DNA of 64,000 nt, taken from an uncultured Acidobacteriota bacterium (lineage in GTDB: Bacteria > Acidobacteriota > Blastocatellia > RBC074). Positions 28,970-40,433 of the stretch are shown one piece after another (position 1 is the stretch's first letter; every line of letters starts with the position of its first letter). The notes under the pieces are model-generated. The model saw nothing but the letters and a program-made list of their open reading frames with translations, was not told the origin of the DNA and did not search any database. Both the position numbers and the translations under genes were made by a program. Location: contig CAWCKY010000002.1 in NCBI GenBank assembly GCA_963796275.1, positions 160,001 through 224,000 on the forward strand. The letters run 5' to 3'.

Positions 28970-30443
28970 ATGCCCCAGGTTATGCGCTCAATGCTGCTGC
29001 GCTACGGGACTTCAGTTTTGGCCGTAGTGCTTGCCTTGCTACTCACACTCCTGCTCAAGCCGCTGCTGGAACATGGTATCTTCGTGCTGTTTTTACCAGC
29101 CGTGATGGTGGGCGCCTGGTATGGAGGTCTGGGATCAGGTCTTCTCGCCACTCTCCTATCTGTCCTGTCCATCGACTACTTCTTGCTATCCCCACCCGGA
29201 AGGCTGACTCCAGGTTGGAGCGATATCCCGCAGCTGGCCATCTTTGTGTTGATCGCGGTCTTGATTAACTGGCTCGACGAAGCGCGTCATCGAGCCGAGG
29301 AAAGGTTGCGCGAAAGCGAGGCTCGCTACCGCGTCGTGGCCGAATCAGCAATTGATGCCGTCGTTTCCGCTGACAGCGCGGGCAGAATTATCTCCTGGAA
29401 TAGAGCGGCACAGCACATGTTTCTATTCACAGAAGATGAGGTGTTGGGCCGCCCGCTAACTATGATCATGCCCGGAACGCTATCGACAAGCTCATCAGCA
29501 AGGTTGGGAGCGATATCGGCGCACCGGCATTCAGCACATCATGGGGAGAGCGGTGGAACTGCATGGACTGAGAAAGGATGGCAGCGAATTCCCATTAGAG
29601 CTGTCCTTATCGTCTTGGGAAACAGAACGTGGCGTATTGTTCAGTGGGATCATCCGCGATATCACCGAGCGCAAGCGAAATGACCAAGCGCTGCGCGCGC
29701 TCTCTGACTCGCTCAAGAAGAGCGATGAGCTGAAGTCAGCCTTGCTCGCCTCGGTCTCCCACGACCTGCGATCCCCGCTCACTTCAATCCGCGCCGCGGC
29801 CGACAGCTTACTCAACCGGGATTTAACTTTGGATCCGGCCACACTTCACGAGCTTCACCTCATCGTCAGCGAGGGAGTCAGCCGCCTGACGCGATTGGTC
29901 GAGGACCTGCTGGCGATGGCTAGAGTTGAAGCGGGCGCTCTACACCTATCTATGCAGTGGGCATCACCCGAGGAGATATGCAGCGATGTGCTCGACCGCT
30001 GTGCCACCGAACTTCGCGACCACAGGGTGAGCGTCGAGTGTGCTGAAGACTTGCCTTCAGTCAAGGTCGATCCGCGGCTGGTGGCAGAGGCCCTGACTCA
30101 CCTGGTCGAGAACGCAGCCAAGTATTCGCCGAGAGGCAGTGAAATTACCGTGCGGGCGCAATTCCGGGGTGATGAACTCCTGATGAGCGCCACGGATCAG
30201 GGGCCGGGGATCGCTCCGGAGGAGAGGGAGCGCATCTTTGACAAGTTCTACCGCAGCACTCTTCGGTCTACGCAACAGAGCGATGGAACGGGGATGGGGC
30301 TGGCCATCGCCCGTGGGATTATCGAGGCGCACGGAGGAAGAATCTGGGTGGAGAGTACGCCGAACAGGGGAGCCACTTTCACCTTTGCGTTGCTGGCAGA
30401 GCATAAGACAGAACCCAGAGAGGCCGGTAACAAACCATGGTGA
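28970..30443 (+). CDS. KdpD-like sensor histidine kinase (DUF4118-PAS-HisKA-HATPase), +1 frameshift near 29474
   Basis: Removing one G in cccGGaa joins ORFs 28970 and 29541 into IMPERYRQAHQQGWERYRRTG. SVSHDLRSPL, NAAKYS, DQGPG and GTGMGLAI motifs follow. Confidence 0.85.
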
Positions 30444-30461
30444 GAAATTCGATCACTCCGC

Positions 30462-31901
30462 CTATTCGATGAGGGTCTCAATCATTGTTTGAATCATGCG
30501 GATGAGTGGCGCTGGATAGACTCCCAGCCACACCAGCAAAAAGGTCAGCCCGGCCAGCGCTATGCTCCCTGCAAGCGATAAAGATGGAACAGCAACTGAA
30601 ATCTCTCTGGTTGTATCTCTATACATAGCGACCACGATGCGCAGGTAATAGTAGAGCCCGATGGCGCTGTTCGATATCAAGATGATGACTAACAACCAGA
30701 GAGCCGACCCGGTGCCGGCGGCCAGGACGTAAAATTTCCCTACAAACCCGGCGGTCAGTGGGAGGCCCGCCAATGAGAGCAACGACGCAATGAAGATGCT
30801 GGCCAACCAGGGCCGGCGCCAGAGCAGCCCCCGGAAATCATCCATAGTATCTGCATCGCGTTCCGGCCCGGACAACACAGTGATGACGCCGAAGGCGCTC
30901 AAGGTCGTCACGAAATATGCTACGAGATAGAAGGTCACGGCCGTCGCCCCCCTCCTCTCTCCTGCCAGAAAAGCGACGAGTAAGTAACCGAGGTGCGCGA
31001 TAGATGAGTAGGCCAGAATCCGTTTGACATTATTTTGCATCAAGGCCAGCAGGTTGCCGACGAACATCGAGGCGATAGCAATGAGGGTGAAGGCCAGATA
31101 TAACGAACCAGAGGCCTGTATCCTAATTTCAGTGAAGTACCGCAACAAGATGGCAAATACCGCCCCCTTAGATACGGTCGCGACGAAAGCGGCCACCGGT
31201 GCAGGAGCGCCCTCGTACACATCCGGCGTCCACATATGAAATGGCACCACCGCCAACTTGAATCCAGCGCCGATGACAATCATTGCCAGACCTGCCAGGA
31301 ACATCTCCTGGTTAGTACTACTACTCAGGCTTTCCGACGGCATCCGAGCGAACTCCAGCGTCCCAAGATCGGCGTAGACCAGTGCCATGCCAAAGAGTAA
31401 AAATGCGGCCGAGACCGCCGCCAGGATCAGGTACTTGATCCCGGCTTCGATACTTCGCTCGCTGGTCCCCAAGTAGGCGATCAGGGCATAAAGAGCCACG
31501 CTGAGTGTCTCCAGACCGAGAAAGAAAGAGACGAAATGGCTGCTCGCAACCAACACTGCCGAGCCCAGGGTCACCAGGAGTAATAGAAGATAGAACTCCT
31601 CAGGATTATCTTGGCGCCTCGCGAGATAGCCATAAGACAGCAAAGCTACAAAAAAACTAGCTGCAAGGAGCAAGCCAATATAGAAGAGCGCATAACTGTC
31701 GAGAACCAGAAGCGGCGTTATTTGGCGTGGTACTTTAGCTGACACAAGTGGGAGCATAATGAATGCCAGGGCGAGTCCGATCAGCGTTATGACGGCTGTA
31801 ATTCTATGATTACGATAGAAAGCGATCACCAGCAGGAGCGCGACAGAGGCAACAGCTACCACAATCAGAGGTAACAGAGCGACTAAATCGCCGGAGGTCA
31901 T
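30462..31901 (-). CDS. nuoN: NADH-quinone oxidoreductase subunit N
   Basis: EAGIKY, FKL..VPFHMWTPDVYEGAP and KRILAYSSIAH motifs. Confidence 0.95.
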   Translation of the reverse strand: MTSGDLVALLPLIVVAVASVALLLVIAFYRNHRITAVITLIGLALAFIMLPLVSAKVPRQITPLLVLDSYALFYIGLLLAASFFVALLSYGYLARRQDNPEEFYLLLLLVTLGSAVLVASSHFVSFFLGLETLSVALYALIAYLGTSERSIEAGIKYLILAAVSAAFLLFGMALVYADLGTLEFARMPSESLSSSTNQEMFLAGLAMIVIGAGFKLAVVPFHMWTPDVYEGAPAPVAAFVATVSKGAVFAILLRYFTEIRIQASGSLYLAFTLIAIASMFVGNLLALMQNNVKRILAYSSIAHLGYLLVAFLAGERRGATAVTFYLVAYFVTTLSAFGVITVLSGPERDADTMDDFRGLLWRRPWLASIFIASLLSLAGLPLTAGFVGKFYVLAAGTGSALWLLVIILISNSAIGLYYYLRIVVAMYRDTTREISVAVPSLSLAGSIALAGLTFLLVWLGVYPAPLIRMIQTMIETLIE

Positions 31902-33496
31902 GGCTTACCTCCGTGATCCGATTTGCCGGATCGTGTTGCCATCATCAAGTCTCTTTGAGATAAACCGGAGCTACTCGCAGTTCCCTGCACCCTGACTGGA
32001 GCTGCGACTCGCATCATCGATGCGCCCAGCCTCAAGCTTTTTAGAAAAGGCCCGGCTGTGTTAAGGACAGGTTGCGGAAAGAGCCCTAACCAGACGATTG
32101 CGATAATCATCACACCCATGACGGCCATCTCACGGGCTGAGAGATCGGAGAAAGCCAGAGAATGCTCCCTCGGTCCGTGGAAAACCCGCTGGATGATCCA
32201 CAATGAATAGACGGTCGCGAAGACTAAACCTGTTGCCGCGAGCACGGTCAGAGATACACTCGACCGGTAAGAGCCGAATAACACCAGGAACTCGCCGAGG
32301 AAATTGCCCAACCCGGGCAGGCCGAGAGAGGCTAATGCAAAGAAGAGTGTGACCGCACCCATGCGCGGTGCGACAGACCAGAATCCGCCCATCCGATTCA
32401 GATCGCGTGTATGGATACGCTCCTGAAGCGCACCCGCCAGGATGAACAGCGCGCCCGTGCTGATCCCATGACAGAGGATTTGAATCACCGCGCCTTGCAG
32501 CGCCAGATCATTCGCGGCGAAGACTCCGAGAAGCACGAAGCCCATATGGCTGATGCTCGTGTATGCCACGAGCCGCTTGAGATCGGTTTGCGCGAAGGCC
32601 AGGATTGCGCCATACAGAATCCCAATCACGCCAAGCGCCATCGCGACTGGGGCGAAATCGAGAGCCGCTTGAGGAAACAAAGGCACGGCGAAGCGGATCA
32701 ATCCGTATGCCCCGGTTTTGAGCAAGAGGCCGGCCAGGATGACGCTGCCCGCCGTGGGAGCCTCGGTGTGGGCGTCAGGCAACCAGCTATGCACCGGTAC
32801 GACCGGAAGCTTGACGGCGAAAGCGATGAAGAAACCGAGCATCAGGAGCATCGCTGTTTGCGGATTCATCGCAGTGCCAAGCAGTTGCGAATAATCGAAC
32901 GTATAAGTGCCGGTATTCTGTCCATGGATAAAATAGAGCCCTAAAATCGCAGCGAGCATAAGCAAGCCGCCGGCCTGTGTGAAGATGAAGAACTTGATAG
33001 CAGCATAGATGCGATTTTCATGCCCCCAGATGCCGATGAGAAAGTACATCGGCACCAGCATCAACTCCCAGAAGAAGTAGAAAAGGAAGAGGTCTAAGGA
33101 GAGAAAGACGCCGACAATCCCGGCCAGAATCCACATGAGGTTGAAATGGAAGAAACCAACCCGCTCCCGAACCTCCGTCCACGATGCGACCACGGCCATG
33201 ATCCCAAGGAACAAAGTGAGCACGACCAATAGTAGACTCAGGCCATCTATGGCGAGGTGAAAGCTGATACCCAATTGCGGAATCCACTCTCGATTCAGCT
33301 CGGCCAGCAGCCATGAGCTTTCAGACGAGAACCGAGCCTGACCGAAATACCGTCCCCACAGAACCACCGCCAGGATAGAATCGACGCCCAGCGCGAGGAG
33401 CGAAATGTAGCGCGGCCACAAAGTATTCCAGCGACTGAGCAGCCACGCCAGAAGTCCGCCTGTCAGCAGAATGATGATAAGCCACGCCAGGATCAT
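31898..33496 (-). CDS. nuoM: NADH-quinone oxidoreductase subunit M
   Basis: FWELMLVPMY, PVHSWLPDAHTEAPTAGS and DLKRLVAYTS motifs. Confidence 0.95.
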   Translation of the reverse strand: MILAWLIIILLTGGLLAWLLSRWNTLWPRYISLLALGVDSILAVVLWGRYFGQARFSSESSWLLAELNREWIPQLGISFHLAIDGLSLLLVVLTLFLGIMAVVASWTEVRERVGFFHFNLMWILAGIVGVFLSLDLFLFYFFWELMLVPMYFLIGIWGHENRIYAAIKFFIFTQAGGLLMLAAILGLYFIHGQNTGTYTFDYSQLLGTAMNPQTAMLLMLGFFIAFAVKLPVVPVHSWLPDAHTEAPTAGSVILAGLLLKTGAYGLIRFAVPLFPQAALDFAPVAMALGVIGILYGAILAFAQTDLKRLVAYTSISHMGFVLLGVFAANDLALQGAVIQILCHGISTGALFILAGALQERIHTRDLNRMGGFWSVAPRMGAVTLFFALASLGLPGLGNFLGEFLVLFGSYRSSVSLTVLAATGLVFATVYSLWIIQRVFHGPREHSLAFSDLSAREMAVMGVMIIAIVWLGLFPQPVLNTAGPFLKSLRLGASMMRVAAPVRVQGTASSSGLSQRDLMMATRSGKSDHGGKP

Positions 33497-35385
33497 AGGA
33501 ACACCGCGATCGCTATTATCGCTGCCGCGCCGACAGCGATTCCCATTGCGTACCATCGCACTTGCCCTGTCACGGTACGGCTCAGCGCGCGATAGGTAGT
33601 TTGACTCAGCCAGGCTATCGCCTCATAGATGAGATCAATGAAATCGTTTTTGTAAGTCTGAGCCATCCAGATAAAAGGCCGGACAAATAACTTGTCGTAC
33701 AACCAATCGAAGCCCCATCCCGCATACCAAAACCTGTGCAACGCCGTGCCGAAATACGAGTGTGTCAAGCTTTCGGCCAGGCGAGGACGGCTTAGGTAGA
33801 AGAGATACGCGAGGTAAATTCCGATTAACGTAGTCATAGCGGCGATGACCTGAAATGCCAGTTCGATGCTCGTCTCAGCATGTCCAGAGCTCACTGCCGG
33901 TAAGGCGTTTTGCATTAACTCAGAGAAAAGTGGCCGGTTGCCCAGGGTGCGCGGCAATTCTACCAATCCGCCAGCTATCGACAGGAAGGCCAGAATGATC
34001 AATGGAATCTGCATCGGGATTCCGGGCGTTTGACCGACCTGACTCCTGGCCTCCCCGAAGAAAGTGATGAAGACCATGCGAAAGGTATAAATCGCAGTCA
34101 GCAAGGCGCCGATCAAACCTGCAGCCCAAAGCCACGGACTCCCTTTCGGCGAAGACCACGCTTCCCAGAGGATCATATCTTTGCTGTAGAAGCCGGCCGT
34201 CACCAGCGGCATTGCGGCCAGCGACGCGGCGCCGATGAGAAAAGTCACGAATGTAAGCGGAAGTTGCCTGCGCAAACCGCCCATCTCAAACATATCGTGC
34301 TCTTGCTGCAGACTCAGGATCACGACACCGGCGCCTAGGAAGAGAAGAGCTTTGAAGAAAGAATGGGTCATCAAGTGGAAGATGGCCGCTGACCACGCCC
34401 CAACTCCGAGAGCCAGAAACATATAACCGATCTGACTGATGGTGGAGTAAGCGAGGACGCGCTTGAGGTCCCGCTGCATGAGAGCGCTGAAGCCCGCCAT
34501 CAGCAGCGTTGCAGCCCCGATAATCGCCACAGCTGACTGCACGATCGGCGCGAGAGTGAAAAGCACGTTCATACGAGCGATCAAATAGACGCCAGCCGTC
34601 ACCATCGTAGCGGCATGGATGAGGGCGCTCACCGGTGTGGGACCAGCCATTGCATCCGGCAGCCACGTCTGTAAAGGGAGTTGTGCCGACTTACCCAAAG
34701 CGCCGCCCAGGAGCAGAGCTGCGGCGGCCACAGCGAGCGGCGAGCCAATCGGCCATTGCTGCGAGGCGCGTCCCATCAACTCCTGCATCTGCAAAGTACC
34801 CAAATGAGTGAAGAGCAGGAAGAGACCGACGGCCATCGCGGTATCGCCAACGCGGGTGACGATAAACGCTTTGCGAGCCGCGCTACCGTTGGCCGGCTCT
34901 TTGTACCAGAACCCAATGAGGAGATAACTACAAAGACCTACGCCCTCCCATCCCAGATAAAGCAGCAGCAAATTGTCGGCCAGCACCAGGGTCAGCATCG
35001 ATCCGACAAAGAGATTCATATATGCGAAGAAGCGGCTGTATCCTTCTTCAGCGATCATAAATTCCGCTGAATAGAGATGAATGAGAAACCCGACGAAAGT
35101 GATGACCAGCATCATCACTAACGATAACGCGTCGAGATAGAGAGTTATTGTGGGGGCGAAGCCTCCAATCGCGATCCATGTCCAGAGGGTTTGTGAGTAG
35201 GCATGACTTGCCGGCGGCGAACCGATGAAGCCGATGCTGAGGAGGATCGTCAGAATCGCTGAGGCACACACCGAACCGACACCGATGCCCGCCACGCCGG
35301 TGCGCGAGAGTCGAGAGCCTGCCAGCACCAGCACCAGGAACCCGGCGAAGGGCGAAACGGGTATTAACCACAATAACTCGAACAT
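33493..35385 (-). CDS. nuoL: NADH-quinone oxidoreductase subunit L
   Basis: GWEGVGLCSYLLIGFW and GKSAQLPLQTWLPDAMAGPTPVSALIHAATMV motifs. Confidence 0.95.
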   Translation of the reverse strand: MFELLWLIPVSPFAGFLVLVLAGSRLSRTGVAGIGVGSVCASAILTILLSIGFIGSPPASHAYSQTLWTWIAIGGFAPTITLYLDALSLVMMLVITFVGFLIHLYSAEFMIAEEGYSRFFAYMNLFVGSMLTLVLADNLLLLYLGWEGVGLCSYLLIGFWYKEPANGSAARKAFIVTRVGDTAMAVGLFLLFTHLGTLQMQELMGRASQQWPIGSPLAVAAAALLLGGALGKSAQLPLQTWLPDAMAGPTPVSALIHAATMVTAGVYLIARMNVLFTLAPIVQSAVAIIGAATLLMAGFSALMQRDLKRVLAYSTISQIGYMFLALGVGAWSAAIFHLMTHSFFKALLFLGAGVVILSLQQEHDMFEMGGLRRQLPLTFVTFLIGAASLAAMPLVTAGFYSKDMILWEAWSSPKGSPWLWAAGLIGALLTAIYTFRMVFITFFGEARSQVGQTPGIPMQIPLIILAFLSIAGGLVELPRTLGNRPLFSELMQNALPAVSSGHAETSIELAFQVIAAMTTLIGIYLAYLFYLSRPRLAESLTHSYFGTALHRFWYAGWGFDWLYDKLFVRPFIWMAQTYKNDFIDLIYEAIAWLSQTTYRALSRTVTGQVRWYAMGIAVGAAAIIAIAVFL

Positions 35386-35386
35386 C

Positions 35387-35701
35387 TCACCCCCGCATCT
35401 TACTGGCCGCATCCACATCCAGAGTCTTCAGCCTGTGATAGAGCTGGAGTACCAGGGCCAAACCGACCGACACTTCTGCCGCGGCCACTGCCAGAATAAA
35501 GATGAACATAACCTGGCCATCGACCTGTTCCCATCGAGATCCGGCGACAACAAAGGCCAGCCCTGCCGCATTCAACATGATCTCAATGGACATCAGAATG
35601 AAGATGATGTTGCGACGCACCAACACGCCGATCAGCCCCAGGACAAAGAGCAACCCGGAAAGGAGCAGCCCGTATTCGACAGTCAGCGACGGCATGATCA
35701 T
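35387..35701 (-). CDS. nuoK: NADH-quinone oxidoreductase subunit K
   Basis: RRN...[10 protein letters not shown] and [11 protein letters not shown] motifs. Confidence 0.95.
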   Translation of the reverse strand: MIMPSLTVEYGLLLSGLLFVLGLIGVLVRRNIIFILMSIEIMLNAAGLAFVVAGSRWEQVDGQVMFIFILAVAAAEVSVGLALVLQLYHRLKTLDVDAASKMRG

Positions 35702-36201
35702 TACCTCTCTCTATATATATTTCGGCCGAGATGATAAGCGCCCACCAGACCCGCCAGTAGCAGCATGGCAGCCAACTCCACACCCAACAGGTAAGGGCCA
35801 AAAAGCGCAACCCCCACCTGTCGCGGCTCTATACTGATGACTCCGGATTGTTGGCGACCTGCGCGAGTGATCATGTAGACCAGCTCCGCCATCAGAATGA
35901 TCGCCAGGATCGCCGGCCCAATCCACATTCGCGCTTTCAACCACTGACTTTCCCGCATGACGGCCTCATGACCCAGGTTGAGCAGCATGATCACGAATAC
36001 GAAGAGCACCATGATCGCTCCTGCATAGATGATCACCTCCAGGGCAGCGATGAATGGGGCGCCCAGGCGGAAGAAGATCAATGCCACCGAGAGTAACGAC
36101 ACGATCAAGTAAAGCAAGGCATGCACGGCATTCAGCCGGGTGATCACCATCACCGTCGAAACAATCGCCACTGCTGCTGCGATGAAAAATACTGCGTCCA
36201 T
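35701..36201 (-). CDS. nuoJ: NADH-quinone oxidoreductase subunit J
   Basis: [17 protein letters not shown] motif. Confidence 0.95.
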   Translation of the reverse strand: MDAVFFIAAAVAIVSTVMVITRLNAVHALLYLIVSLLSVALIFFRLGAPFIAALEVIIYAGAIMVLFVFVIMLLNLGHEAVMRESQWLKARMWIGPAILAIILMAELVYMITRAGRQQSGVISIEPRQVGVALFGPYLLGVELAAMLLLAGLVGAYHLGRNIYRER

Positions 36202-36231
36202 AGACTACAACTCTGTCTCGCCACTACTTGA

Positions 36232-36747
36232 TCACGGCATCAGACTGTGCACGTCTATAGGCGGCTCCTCATTCTTGGCCTCGCCTTTATCCTTCCCCCC
36301 AATTGCCAATCCGGCCACCCGGTAAAAGTTATAACCCGGATACTTGCCGGGGCCGTCGATCAGCAGATCCTCCTTCTCATAGACCAGGTTTTGCCGTTTG
36401 TATTCAGACATCTCGAAATCGGGAGTGAGCTGGATCGCATATGTGGGACACGCCTCCTCGCAAAAGCCGCAAAAGATGCAGCGCGAGAAGTTGATGCGAA
36501 AGAACTCCGGGTAACGCCGGCCATGCTCGTCCTCCGTCGCTTGCAAGGCGATGCAATCGACCGGACAGGCGACCGCGCACAAGTAGCAAGCAACACATCG
36601 CTCGCCTCCGTCAGGATCGCGCGAGAGGATGATACGCCCTCGCCACCTGGGCGGCAGATAAGGCTTCTCATCGGGATACTGAATTGTCTCCCGCCGTCGA
36701 AACATATGCAGAAATACCAACCACATGCTCTTCAGAATACTGATCAT
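36232..36747 (-). CDS. nuoI: NADH-quinone oxidoreductase subunit I
   Basis: Two CxxCxxCxxxCP ferredoxin motifs. Confidence 0.95.
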   Translation of the reverse strand: MISILKSMWLVFLHMFRRRETIQYPDEKPYLPPRWRGRIILSRDPDGGERCVACYLCAVACPVDCIALQATEDEHGRRYPEFFRINFSRCIFCGFCEEACPTYAIQLTPDFEMSEYKRQNLVYEKEDLLIDGPGKYPGYNFYRVAGLAIGGKDKGEAKNEEPPIDVHSLMP

Positions 36748-36762
36748 CGTTTTCTCCTTCTA

Positions 36763-37722
36763 TCAGGCCGCGAGCACAATCGCTCCGGTGACGACAATGT
36801 TGAGCAATGTCAGCGGAAGCATAACCTTCCAGCCGTAAGCCATCAGTTGATCATAACGCGGCCTGGGAAGCGCGGCCCGCAGCAAGATGAACCCGCAAAT
36901 AAAGACGAAGGTCTTGAGAAGAAACAAGACCACCGGCGGCAGCACCGGCCCCAGCCATCCGCCGAAGAACAGCGACACGATCATGGCAGAGATCAGCGTG
37001 ATGCCGAGATATTCCCCGACGAAGAACATGCCGAATTTCATGCCGGAATATTCGGAATGATAACCGGCCACCAGCTCGCTTTCGGCTTCCGGCAGATCGA
37101 AAGGCAGCCGATGCGTCTCTGCGATACCGGCAATGAGGAAAGTTACCAGACCGAGAAACTGGGGGATGCAGAACCACAGGCCCCGCTGCGCTTCCACGAT
37201 CTCGCGCAAGTTAAATGACCCGGCAAGCATGACCACCCCCATGAGCGACAGCCCCATGAACACTTCATAGCTCAACATTTGAGCTGAGGCTCGCAAGCCG
37301 CCCAGCAACGAGTATTTGTTCCCCGACGCCCATCCAGCCAGCACCACGCTATAGACACCCAACGACGACATCCCCAGGAAGAAGAGCAGGCCTATGTTCA
37401 GGTCCACCACCTGAATACCTGGGGCAAACGGGATGATGGAGAAGGACATCAACATCGTCACTACGATTACAGCCGGGGCGATAATGAACACCGGCTTGTC
37501 GGCGAAGGGCGGATTCCAATCCTCTTTGGCAAATATCTTGATCATATCGGCCAGCACCTGCAGCAAACCGAAAGGGCCGACGCGATTAGGGCCATAACGG
37601 TCTTGCCAGAGCGCCAGCAGCCGGCGCTCCAGCCAGATCAGCCCTGCGGCGATGGTGAGTATGGCGATCAGCACGCCGGCGATAGTCATGAGTGATCGGA
37701 TGATTTCATTCATCTCCCTCAT
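36763..37722 (-). CDS. nuoH: NADH-quinone oxidoreductase subunit H
   Basis: [11 protein letters not shown] and [24 protein letters not shown] motifs. Confidence 0.95.
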   Translation of the reverse strand: MREMNEIIRSLMTIAGVLIAILTIAAGLIWLERRLLALWQDRYGPNRVGPFGLLQVLADMIKIFAKEDWNPPFADKPVFIIAPAVIVVTMLMSFSIIPFAPGIQVVDLNIGLLFFLGMSSLGVYSVVLAGWASGNKYSLLGGLRASAQMLSYEVFMGLSLMGVVMLAGSFNLREIVEAQRGLWFCIPQFLGLVTFLIAGIAETHRLPFDLPEAESELVAGYHSEYSGMKFGMFFVGEYLGITLISAMIVSLFFGGWLGPVLPPVVLFLLKTFVFICGFILLRAALPRPRYDQLMAYGWKVMLPLTLLNIVVTGAIVLAA

Positions 37723-40430
37723 CCTCTCGATAGACTGCCCCAGGCAGGCAAAGCAATCTCCGTTAGCTCCCGCAAGTCGGCGGGCAACCCGGCGACCCCT
37801 CTCGGTAATGCCGGTTGGAGCTTTACGGGAAGGCGATGTACAGAGCCATCCAGCGCCAGCTCTATCTCTTCCCCATCATTTACCCGAAGACCGGACGCAT
37901 CATCGGGATTTAGCGCCAGGTAAGGCTGTGGAGATCGTTCAGCAATGCCAGGTGACAAGATGCTTAACTCCTCCGAACCGAAGATATGGTAGAGAGGCAC
38001 AATCAACCACTCGCTTTCGCGAGACTTAAAGGCTGCCGGTACATCGCGGAAGTAATATACTTCCGCACCCGACGCAGGCTCGATCATGCGCTGACCAGGA
38101 TCCCCGCCTAGCAGCGGGCCGCCCACTTCATCCTGGAACTTATTTAATGCCTGCACTGAGTTCCACCCCGGCGCCCAGTAATGCGTGATGAACGGCGGCG
38201 GCGGCTCGCCTTCATAACCTTCCATTGAGAAAGCGAGCGGAGAGTCGGGGTCATTTGGCGGTCGAGGCTCGTTAACATCGATCTGAACCAGCATAGCTGT
38301 GCGCCCGCTGTACCGGTGTGGTTGGCGGGGTATCTTTTGTCCCGCGATGCGAAATCCTGCGGGCGGTGCGACCTTCAAAATCGGCGAACAGATAGGAATC
38401 GCCGCGGCCAGGGCGGAAGCGACGTCATCGAGGTTATACCAGGCCGCACCCTCAGAGTGGTTAGTGGCGATCATCACATCGCGCAGCCAGCGCCAGCTCT
38501 CCTGGATCTCCCCATTCGGCACAAATACCTGATAGAAGCGCTGCGCGCGCCCTTCGCTGTTCACCAGCGTGCCATCGCCCTCGGCAAAGGTAGCCGCCGG
38601 GAGAATCACATCAGCTTTAGACGTGGTGGGATTGGATAAGTGATCGATCGCAATAATATGCCTGGCAGCATTCAGCATCGTATCCACTGACTTCGCATCC
38701 GCCCGCCGATAGAGATCATTCTCCAGAATAATCACGGTCTCTGCAGCCTTCTGCTCCATAATTTTGAAAGTATCGTTGAGGCTATTTCCGCCGATGAGAG
38801 CTACGCCCAGGCTATTGCATTCAGGCACAGTGAAACATAGTTCGGCAGTTCGGCCGTTTTCGCACAAAGCCCGCGCCACGTTAGCGGCCGCCAGCATCAC
38901 TTCTTCGGAGCCGCAACTTGTTCCGGAGATGATCAAAGGCCGCTTGGCCCCTTTGAGCGCCTGAGCGATCCTGCCGGCCAATGAATGCAACTCCTCCGGC
39001 AGGTCTCTGACCGGCGGAGCGCCACCATTCAGCGCATGAGCCACCGCAAAACCCAGACGGGCCAGATCATCGGGCGCTGCGCGGTACTTCTCAGCAGCGA
39101 TATCGTCAAGTCTTGTGCTGCAGGTCGTCGCGATGAAAAGCGGCCCCTTCTCACCCTGAATTGCCTCGCGTACAGCGGCATCGTCCCACTCGGGGATTTT
39201 CAGCCTCGCAGCAATCTCCAGAGGCTTGCGCAGCACCGATCGGCGCAGGGCGAGCGCCAACCTCGGCGCTACATTTGTGAGATCCTCTCCCAGCAGCAGA
39301 ACCGCGTCAGCGAGCTCCGCGTCGTGCAGCGACGGCGAGCGCGCGGGACCTATCCTTAAAATGTTCCGCGCTGTAGCAATCAGGCGAGAATCGCGCTCGG
39401 ACATTCCAAGACAGAAGTGCTCCGGCCCGACCAGAGTACGCAGCGCAAAATTGGCCTCCAGCGACGCGCGCGGAGATCCGATCCCGATCACTCTGGAACT
39501 CTCGGAAAGGAGCGGCTTCAAGTATTGAATGATGAAATCTTTTGCAGCCGGCTCTAACAAGCCGCTTCCCTGCTTCCGAAGCAATGGCTGGCGAATTCTC
39601 CGATCTCTGTTCACAAACTCATAGCCGTAACGCCCGCGATCGCACAGGAAGTACCCATTGACTTCACCGTTATACCGGTTGTAGACCCGCCGCAGCTCAC
39701 CGTAACGCTCGCCGGGAATTGTGTTGCAGCCCAGACCGCAGTGCACGCAGATGGACGGCGCAGTCTGCAAATCCCACTTGCGCGTGTAGTGTTGCTTCAA
39801 TGTTTTATCGGTGAAGACTCCCGTAGGACACACCTCAACCAGGTTGCCGCTGAACTCATTCTCCAGAATGCCATCCTCAAAGCGGCCGAAGTAGACGTGA
39901 TCGTGCGCAGCAAAGACGTCCAGATCGCGCCCCCCGGCGTAGTCGCGATAGAATCGAATACAACGATAGCATTCGATACAACGGTTCATCTCGTGGTTGA
40001 CGAACGGGCCGAGATACTGATTGCGAAATGTCCGCTTCCGGAAACGGAAGCGCCGGTAAGTATGTCCGGTCATTACCGTCATATCCTGAAGGTGGCACTC
40101 GCCACCCTCATCACAGACCGGGCAATCGTGCGGATGGTTGACCATGAGCCATTCGATCACGCTCGCACGAAATGATCTCGCTTCCGAATCGTCGATTGAG
40201 ATGCGCGTGTTGCTGGCGGCCGGGGTCATGCAAGCCATCATCAGCCTGCCATGCGTATCCTTCTCGTCCCTGAACTGTTTCACCGCGCACTGGCGGCAGG
40301 CGCCGACCGAACCCAAAGCCGGATGCCAACAGAAGTAGGGTAGATCGAAGCCTAACGAAAGGCAGCTGTGAAGCAGGTTCTGACCATCTTCGACGGTGTA
40401 AGGTTGGTTATCGATATAGATAATCGCCAT
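37719..40430 (-). CDS. nuoG: NADH-quinone oxidoreductase subunit G (long, E. coli type)
   Basis: FCWH...[20 protein letters not shown], and an extra CxxCxxxC (N7-type) cluster motif; 903 aa. Confidence 0.95.
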   Translation of the reverse strand: MAIIYIDNQPYTVEDGQNLLHSCLSLGFDLPYFCWHPALGSVGACRQCAVKQFRDEKDTHGRLMMACMTPAASNTRISIDDSEARSFRASVIEWLMVNHPHDCPVCDEGGECHLQDMTVMTGHTYRRFRFRKRTFRNQYLGPFVNHEMNRCIECYRCIRFYRDYAGGRDLDVFAAHDHVYFGRFEDGILENEFSGNLVEVCPTGVFTDKTLKQHYTRKWDLQTAPSICVHCGLGCNTIPGERYGELRRVYNRYNGEVNGYFLCDRGRYGYEFVNRDRRIRQPLLRKQGSGLLEPAAKDFIIQYLKPLLSESSRVIGIGSPRASLEANFALRTLVGPEHFCLGMSERDSRLIATARNILRIGPARSPSLHDAELADAVLLLGEDLTNVAPRLALALRRSVLRKPLEIAARLKIPEWDDAAVREAIQGEKGPLFIATTCSTRLDDIAAEKYRAAPDDLARLGFAVAHALNGGAPPVRDLPEELHSLAGRIAQALKGAKRPLIISGTSCGSEEVMLAAANVARALCENGRTAELCFTVPECNSLGVALIGGNSLNDTFKIMEQKAAETVIILENDLYRRADAKSVDTMLNAARHIIAIDHLSNPTTSKADVILPAATFAEGDGTLVNSEGRAQRFYQVFVPNGEIQESWRWLRDVMIATNHSEGAAWYNLDDVASALAAAIPICSPILKVAPPAGFRIAGQKIPRQPHRYSGRTAMLVQIDVNEPRPPNDPDSPLAFSMEGYEGEPPPPFITHYWAPGWNSVQALNKFQDEVGGPLLGGDPGQRMIEPASGAEVYYFRDVPAAFKSRESEWLIVPLYHIFGSEELSILSPGIAERSPQPYLALNPDDASGLRVNDGEEIELALDGSVHRLPVKLQPALPRGVAGLPADLRELTEIALPAWGSLSRG

Positions 40431-40433
40431 TCG

